Source: Thermodesulfobacteriota bacterium
GTDB lineage: Bacteria > Desulfobacterota > QYQD01
Assembly (NCBI GenBank): GCA_040755415.1
Contig: JBFMAZ010000082.1
Span: 148 to 64,147 of the forward strand
Length of the DNA: 64,000 nucleotides
Direction: 5' to 3'
Shown here in pieces: positions 59,189-64,000 of this stretch (positions are counted from its first letter, which is position 1; every line of letters starts with the position of its first letter). A program made the position numbers and the translations under genes. Below the pieces are notes generated by a model, which saw nothing but the letters and a program-made list of their open reading frames with translations, was not told where the DNA came from and ran no database searches.

Positions 59189-60877
59189 ATGATCACTATT
59201 GAATCCAGGCCTACACCCAACTTCATCCGTAATATCATCGAGGAAGACCTAAAAACAGGCAAATACGGCAGGCGCGTGCACACCCGATTCCCACCGGAGC
59301 CAAACGGCTACTTGCACATCGGACACGCCAAGTCTATCTGCCTCAATTTCGGTCTGGCCGCCGAATATGGGGGCCTTTGCAACTTGCGATTCGATGACAC
59401 CAATCCCGCCAAGGAGGAAGTTGAATACGTAGAGTCTATTAAGGAAGACGTCCGGTGGCTGAGGTTTGATTGGGGAGACCGGCTGTTCTACGCCTCGGAC
59501 TATTTTGAACAGCTCTACGAATACGCCGTCCAGTTGATTAAAGCCGGTAAGGCATACGTCTGCGACCTGAGTCCAGAGGAGATCCGGGAGTACCGTGGTA
59601 CTTTGACCGAGCCCGGCAAGGACAGCCCGTATCGAACACGTTCGTTAGAAGAGAACCTGGATTTATTTGAGCGCATGCGGGCTGGAGAGTTCGAGGATGG
59701 CTCCCGGGTTCTTCGGGCCAAAATCGATATGGCCTCCGGCAACTTAAATATGCGGGACCCGGTCATGTACCGCATTCTCCGGGCCACACACCACCGGACC
59801 GGCGATAAGTGGTGCATTTATCCGATGTACGACTTTGCCCACTGTTTTTCGGATTCCATCGAGGGCATCACCCATTCCATCTGTACGCTGGAATTTGAAG
59901 ACCATCGGCCGCTATATGACTGGTTCCTCGATCAATTAGGCGTCCATCATCCGCAGCAGATCGAGTTTGCCCGCCTCAATCTCAGCTACACCGTACTCAG
60001 TAAGCGAAAGCTCGTGCAATTGGTGGAAGGAGGGCATGTCACCGGCTGGGATGATCCGCGCATGCCTACCCTGGCCGGTGTGCGGCGACGGGGCTATACG
60101 CCCGAGTCCATCCGAAACTTTTGTGAACGCATCGGGGTAGCCAAGAGGGACAGCATGGTTGATATGGCCCTACTCGAACACTGCCTCCGTGAAGATTTGA
60201 ACAAACGTGCCCCGCGGGTCATGGGGGTGCTCCGTCCACTCCGGCTGGTCATTGAAAACTATCCGGAAGGTCAGACAGAAGAGTTGGACGCCCTGAACAA
60301 TCCCGAGGATGCCGGCATGGGGTCACGCAAGGTCCCTTTTTCCCGTGTGCTGTATATTGAACAAGAAGACTTTCGTGAAGACCCACCGAAAAAATTCTAC
60401 CGTCTGGCCCCGGGCCGGGAGGTGCGGCTGCGCTACGCGTATTTCATAACCTGTGTAGGGGTAATTAAGGATGAGCAGACCGGCGAAGTGGTGGAGCTGC
60501 GCTGCACCTATGACCCGGAGACGCGCGGCGGGGACTCTCCGGACGGACGCAAGGTCAAGGCCACCCTGCACTGGGTATCAGCTCCCCACGCGCTGGAGGC
60601 CGAGGTACGCTTATACGATCACCTTTTCCTAAAGCCGGAGCCAGGCGAGGCTGGCCAGGATTTCAGGACTTATTTAAATCCAAAATCATTAGAGATATTG
60701 ACCTCGTGCCGGGTGGAACCAGGCTTGGCCAATGCGCTACCCGGAAGCCGGTACCAGTTTGAGCGGCAGGGCTATTTCTGCCTTGATTCCGTGGATTCGT
60801 CCGATCAAAGACTGGTATTCAATCGAACCGTGCCCTTACGTGACACCTGGGCCAAGGTAGAAAAGGCACAGAAGTAG
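59189..60877 (+). CDS. glnS: glutamine--tRNA ligase
   Basis: [16 protein letters not shown] (HIGH), VLSKRK (KMSKS), 562 aa, with GlnRS-type C-terminal anticodon-binding domain. Confidence 0.95.
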   Translation: MITIESRPTPNFIRNIIEEDLKTGKYGRRVHTRFPPEPNGYLHIGHAKSICLNFGLAAEYGGLCNLRFDDTNPAKEEVEYVESIKEDVRWLRFDWGDRLFYASDYFEQLYEYAVQLIKAGKAYVCDLSPEEIREYRGTLTEPGKDSPYRTRSLEENLDLFERMRAGEFEDGSRVLRAKIDMASGNLNMRDPVMYRILRATHHRTGDKWCIYPMYDFAHCFSDSIEGITHSICTLEFEDHRPLYDWFLDQLGVHHPQQIEFARLNLSYTVLSKRKLVQLVEGGHVTGWDDPRMPTLAGVRRRGYTPESIRNFCERIGVAKRDSMVDMALLEHCLREDLNKRAPRVMGVLRPLRLVIENYPEGQTEELDALNNPEDAGMGSRKVPFSRVLYIEQEDFREDPPKKFYRLAPGREVRLRYAYFITCVGVIKDEQTGEVVELRCTYDPETRGGDSPDGRKVKATLHWVSAPHALEAEVRLYDHLFLKPEPGEAGQDFRTYLNPKSLEILTSCRVEPGLANALPGSRYQFERQGYFCLDSVDSSDQRLVFNRTVPLRDTWAKVEKAQK

Positions 60878-61164
60878 CGACATCGAGAAAAAAACTTTCC
60901 CGGCCTTGCTTATGTTGTCCACTTCAAAGACCAGATTCTTTCAAATCTTCTCAGCCTTGATTTTGCCTTGTTTGATCCATCGCCTCATGGAAAGGGCAAA
61001 TGGCAATATATCGCTAGTATCATTAGTGTCCAAAATAGCATATGAATATATTGATTTCGTTGAATTTTCCAAATGAGATGGCCACGTCGTCCGCCTAGGC
61101 GGACTCCTCGCAATGACTTATGGCGCAACCCTGCAAGGCTCTCTGGTTATTACCTTATACCTTA

Positions 61165-61500
61165 TAGGATGTGAGAGGGACGTCTATTGTTTTATAACAT
61201 TCTCTTGTCTCCTCCTACTACTATAGCTTTGTACTCCGGGTTACCGTTCCTTGCGGTCGTTCTCGCCGTTGGCTCGTGGTCTTCGCTACGCTCCGGACCT
61301 TTCAAACGGTCTCTCACGATTCTGCCCTTGCTTTCGGCTAGCACTCCTGCTAACGTATCCCTACCACTCTGTTAAATTTCCCGCAGAGGCCCCTATTTAA
61401 CAGGGTGAACGTACAGGGGACTTCCACCCCATAAGTTCACCCCATACCGAGGCAAGACGACGGGCTGCGGGGATGTCCTTTATGGGCAAGTCTCACCTTG
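61165..61500 (-). ncRNA. candidate structured noncoding RNA with GGA-containing hairpin loops (function unknown)
   Basis: Region is GC-rich with stop codons in all frames. Minus-strand hairpins are GGGG-UGGAAGU-CCCC inside GGGUGAAC/GUUCACCC, CUGUUAAAU/AUUUAACAG, GUUAGC-AGGAGU-GCUAGC and ACCG-CAAGGAA-CGGU. Confidence 0.3.
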
Positions 61501-61534
61501 ATATAGCCCCCTCCTTTAATGGGTGACCCCGTTA

Positions 61535-62461
61535 TTATTCAAACTTTAATAAGGCTTCCGGCCTGGTGACAGTAATTACCGGACAATGAGATTCTAATCC
61601 CAACCTTTCCACCACACTTCCCACGTACCACCTCTCCGCCTGCTCTCTGACATGGGAACCGACGATGGCAAGGTCGATCTGGTTTGAAGTAGCGTATTTT
61701 AGAATCTCTGCAGAGGGTTCTCCCTCTAAGACATCACAGGCATAATCAATCCCTTTTATCTGTTGGGCATACACCTTCTGCACTTTTTCTTTTACCCGGG
61801 CAATTTCACTTTCTATCTGCTCCTGGGTGTATGCCACCCGTTCTCCGCGCGGAATCCTCAAGACATGCAAGAGGTGCAGCCTGGAATTATAGTTTTGCGC
61901 TGCCTTCAAAGATAACTCAAAGGCATATTGACATGTCTCCGAAAAATCCGTGCCGAACAGAATCCTTTTAAAGGCCAATCTTTCCTTAGGCACATCACGG
62001 CTCACGATCATCACCGGGCAGCGGGCCCGCATAATAACTGCCTCTACGGTACTGCCTAGCCCCTCCACCGTCCGCATGCGCACCACGCCCTTCTCCTCAG
62101 CCTTACCTCTGTGGGGGCCAAGCACCATAAGGTCGGCCCTGGCGGTCCTGGCCATTCTTAATATTTCCAGCCATGGGAACCCGGGCCTTACATCAATAAT
62201 ATAGTCCTTACAGCCGATCAGCGCCTCAGCGCACTTCTTCTTTATCATCCCCTTTACCAGGTCTATATACTCTGCGCTGGCCGCCACATCCTCACCGGTT
62301 CTGAAATCCTTTACCCATTGCCTGCGTATCAGATCAGAAGATTCGAGCACGTGCATAAGATAAAGGCTGGCCCCTTCCTGCTTCGCCAGGTGAGCCGCCA
62401 CTGCTGAAGGGGCGTCACAAACATCTACTGAATCTGAAGCTGTTAATATTTTCTTAAACAT
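61535..62461 (-). CDS. tandem universal stress protein (two UspA domains)
   Basis: Two repeats of the ...LHV...DLIVxGxHxxG...GSVxExVxxxxxCPVxxV pattern (LMVLGPHRG...ARCPVMIV and LAIVGSHV...SHCPVITV). Confidence 0.8.
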   Translation of the reverse strand: MFKKILTASDSVDVCDAPSAVAAHLAKQEGASLYLMHVLESSDLIRRQWVKDFRTGEDVAASAEYIDLVKGMIKKKCAEALIGCKDYIIDVRPGFPWLEILRMARTARADLMVLGPHRGKAEEKGVVRMRTVEGLGSTVEAVIMRARCPVMIVSRDVPKERLAFKRILFGTDFSETCQYAFELSLKAAQNYNSRLHLLHVLRIPRGERVAYTQEQIESEIARVKEKVQKVYAQQIKGIDYACDVLEGEPSAEILKYATSNQIDLAIVGSHVREQAERWYVGSVVERLGLESHCPVITVTRPEALLKFE

Positions 62462-62694
62462 AGATATTCCTCCTTTCTCAATCTTATTGATAACTAATCT
62501 AAACCATCATCGGGCTGTTGCCCGAATGGCAGTCCCATAGCGGGATCGCCTTTGTCTCTAATGCATACTATCTAGTATAGGGCAATAGATAATAAAATTA
62601 CAACTCTCTTTTGCATGGTATCATTTTAGCTGCCTGAAAGACGTATAACACCCTACGCCTTGTGGCGTAACTCTTCGCATAGGATCCCTTATCA

Positions 62695-62789
62695 GTCATT
62701 GCGAGCAAAGCGAAGTCGTGCCCGCGGCAGATCCGCCTTTAGTGGACAATCCCAGGAGATTGCCACGGCACTTCGTGCCTCACAATGAC
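62695..62789. repeat. palindromic element with GTCATTGCGAG arms
   Basis: GTCATTGCGAGCAAAGCGAAGTCGTGCC ... GGCACTTCGTGCCTCACAATGAC. Confidence 0.7.
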
Positions 62790-62829
62790 ACCAACGAAGT
62801 AACCTTTAAAGCTAACATTTTTCAAAGGG

Positions 62830-63834
62830 TTAACGTGTTTTTTGCTCATACTTATAGGACTCCAGCGTACCATCGGGGAAAAACGAGGCCCAAGACCCGG
62901 TCTTAAGAAATACCCCCTGAAAAAGCGTATCTTTCGCCAGATAACATCGCTTTAAGTGGCCGTTATCGTGAAATCCTACCCAGGCCCGGCTCTTACAAGG
63001 AATCCCCTGGAACTCCGTATCCAAGGCCAATTCACAGGCTGAAAGGCGCCCGTTCTTGTGGAAAAGTACAAACGTGGCCGCCCGGGCCGGAACGCCCTGA
63101 ATTACCTGATCACCGGATAGATAACACCTGAGTAGATTTCCATTGTCATGTAAATTTACCCTGGTATCCATTCGGCATGAAACACTGTGGATAGCGGCAT
63201 CACCGGCTAAGACACAAGCGGAAAGTCTGCCATTGTCATGAAACCATACCCAGTTATCCGCACGGCAGGGAACATCCTGGATAATTTTATCCCGTGGCAT
63301 GTAACAACCCGCGAGGCGCCCATTATCATGGAATAATATCCGTGTTCCCGCCTCAAAGGGAATGTCCTGGATCAGCGCCGGCTCTGAAAGTTCGCCATAA
63401 ACCAGCGCACCATCTTCTCTCATCTCCACTTCAGTCCCGGCCCGGCAGAAAATGCCCTGGATCAGTGTATCGCACGCCAGAACACATCTTCTCAGGCGTC
63501 CGCTCACCCAGAATTCTATATCACTGCCGCCCCGGCACAAAATATCCTGCACGCTTGCCTCCTGAGCCAGTCTGCCCCGCCACAGCCGGCCCTGTTCGTA
63601 GAGCTCGGCCCTTGCACCGCCCCTGATGGGCACTCCGTCAAGGCTGATATCTTCACCTGGTTCGCACCGCCACAACCAGCCGTTTTTATGAAATTCGATC
63701 CTTGTGCCAACACGGCAGAAAATGCCCTGCACTGCCGTGTCCTGCGAGATATCACAACAGGCGATCCCGTTCCCATTTATAAAATTAACCCGTGATCGGG
63801 TATTACAGGGGATATGGGCAGACATATCGTTCAT
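62830..63834 (-). CDS. tandem-repeat protein (about eleven 30-residue repeats), unknown function
   Basis: Repeat unit is approximately QGIPCRxGTxVxFHxNGxLxxCxLAxDxxI. No signal peptide is evident. Confidence 0.6.
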   Translation of the reverse strand: MNDMSAHIPCNTRSRVNFINGNGIACCDISQDTAVQGIFCRVGTRIEFHKNGWLWRCEPGEDISLDGVPIRGGARAELYEQGRLWRGRLAQEASVQDILCRGGSDIEFWVSGRLRRCVLACDTLIQGIFCRAGTEVEMREDGALVYGELSEPALIQDIPFEAGTRILFHDNGRLAGCYMPRDKIIQDVPCRADNWVWFHDNGRLSACVLAGDAAIHSVSCRMDTRVNLHDNGNLLRCYLSGDQVIQGVPARAATFVLFHKNGRLSACELALDTEFQGIPCKSRAWVGFHDNGHLKRCYLAKDTLFQGVFLKTGSWASFFPDGTLESYKYEQKTR

Positions 63835-63846
63835 CGTCCGGTAATC

Positions 63847-64000
63847 TCAGGGAATTAAAATGCCGTTCTCATCAAATTTGACCGGTGTCCCGACAGATAA
63901 TGGAACACCCTGGACACTTACCTCCCGGAATAGAATGCCGCCCGCCAATTTACCATTACCATGGAACCAGATGAGTGAGCCACTCTGGCACGGAATACCC
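63847..64000 (-). CDS. paralogous 30-residue-repeat protein, C-terminal fragment (5' end outside the window)
   Basis: My translation is ...GIPCQSGSLIWFHGNGKLAGGILFREVSVQGVPLSVGTPVKFDENGILIP, with stop at 63847..63849. Confidence 0.5.
   Translation of the reverse strand, partial: GIPCQSGSLIWFHGNGKLAGGILFREVSVQGVPLSVGTPVKFDENGILIP

Noticed and set aside
61187-61375. 62-aa plus-strand ORF in the glnS-usp spacer
   Set aside because: It has a TTG start without an RBS and a Ser/Leu/Pro-rich low-complexity translation. The region is better explained as structured noncoding sequence.
61165-61500. RNase P RNA, tmRNA, SRP RNA or a cobalamin riboswitch
   Set aside because: The nearest resemblance (GAAAGGUCCGGAGC) does not match the invariant GGAAAGUCCGGGC of RNase P. 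There is no tRNA-like 3' end or tag ORF for tmRNA, no GGAA-tetraloop domain IV for SRP, and no B12 box.

Overview
The window reads as chromosomal DNA from an anaerobic, Desulfobacterota-like bacterium. This lineage call is an inference from gene content: tetraheme cytochrome c3, a futalosine menaquinone pathway, a flavodiiron protein and several sigma-54 systems. It holds about 60 genes and one tRNA-Val, with no rRNA and no CRISPR array.

Housekeeping genes:
- purA, ruvX, mltG, thrC, glnS and inositol-3-phosphate synthase.

Main gene blocks:
- An ECF sigma / anti-sigma / DUF3106 operon.
- A histidine kinase and NtrC-type pair, with a candidate enhancer and sigma-54 promoter in front of a small Cys-rich ORF.
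- A cytoplasmic Cys-type formate-dehydrogenase-like module (27.2-31.3 kb). Its Fe-S subunit ends in a c-di-GMP-receptor (MshEN) motif.
- An AT-richer islet carrying MazEF-like toxin-antitoxin genes and a 1095-aa MmeI-like nuclease-methyltransferase (31.4-35.3 kb).
- An oxygen-defence cluster: WrbA, an EncFtn-like ferritin, SOD and an unlisted 58-codon zinc-ribbon ORF.
- A TetR-headed futalosine/menaquinone operon (37.6-47.1 kb).
- A MacAB-like ABC efflux operon (53.4-57.8 kb) that appears to be decaying.

The most striking property is the repeat load. At least five families of MITE-like or palindromic elements fill the intergenic space.
- One 162-bp MITE has three copies, each with a perfect 8-bp target-site duplication. 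Two copies are identical, and one splits an FtsX permease gene.
- A second family (hairpin modules of type CCCCCTTT..AAAGGGGG, termini CCATCCGAAAA) sits in frame inside coding sequence. It forms the N-terminus of MenG/UbiE and of UbiX in the same frame, with a start codon at the same element position, and it also lies inside the restriction-modification gene. This resembles Rickettsia palindromic elements.

Other leads are a GGA-rich structured noncoding RNA candidate (61.2-61.5 kb) and tandem paralogs built from 30-residue repeats at the right edge. All protein family calls come from recognising motifs in the translated ORFs; no database search was run.
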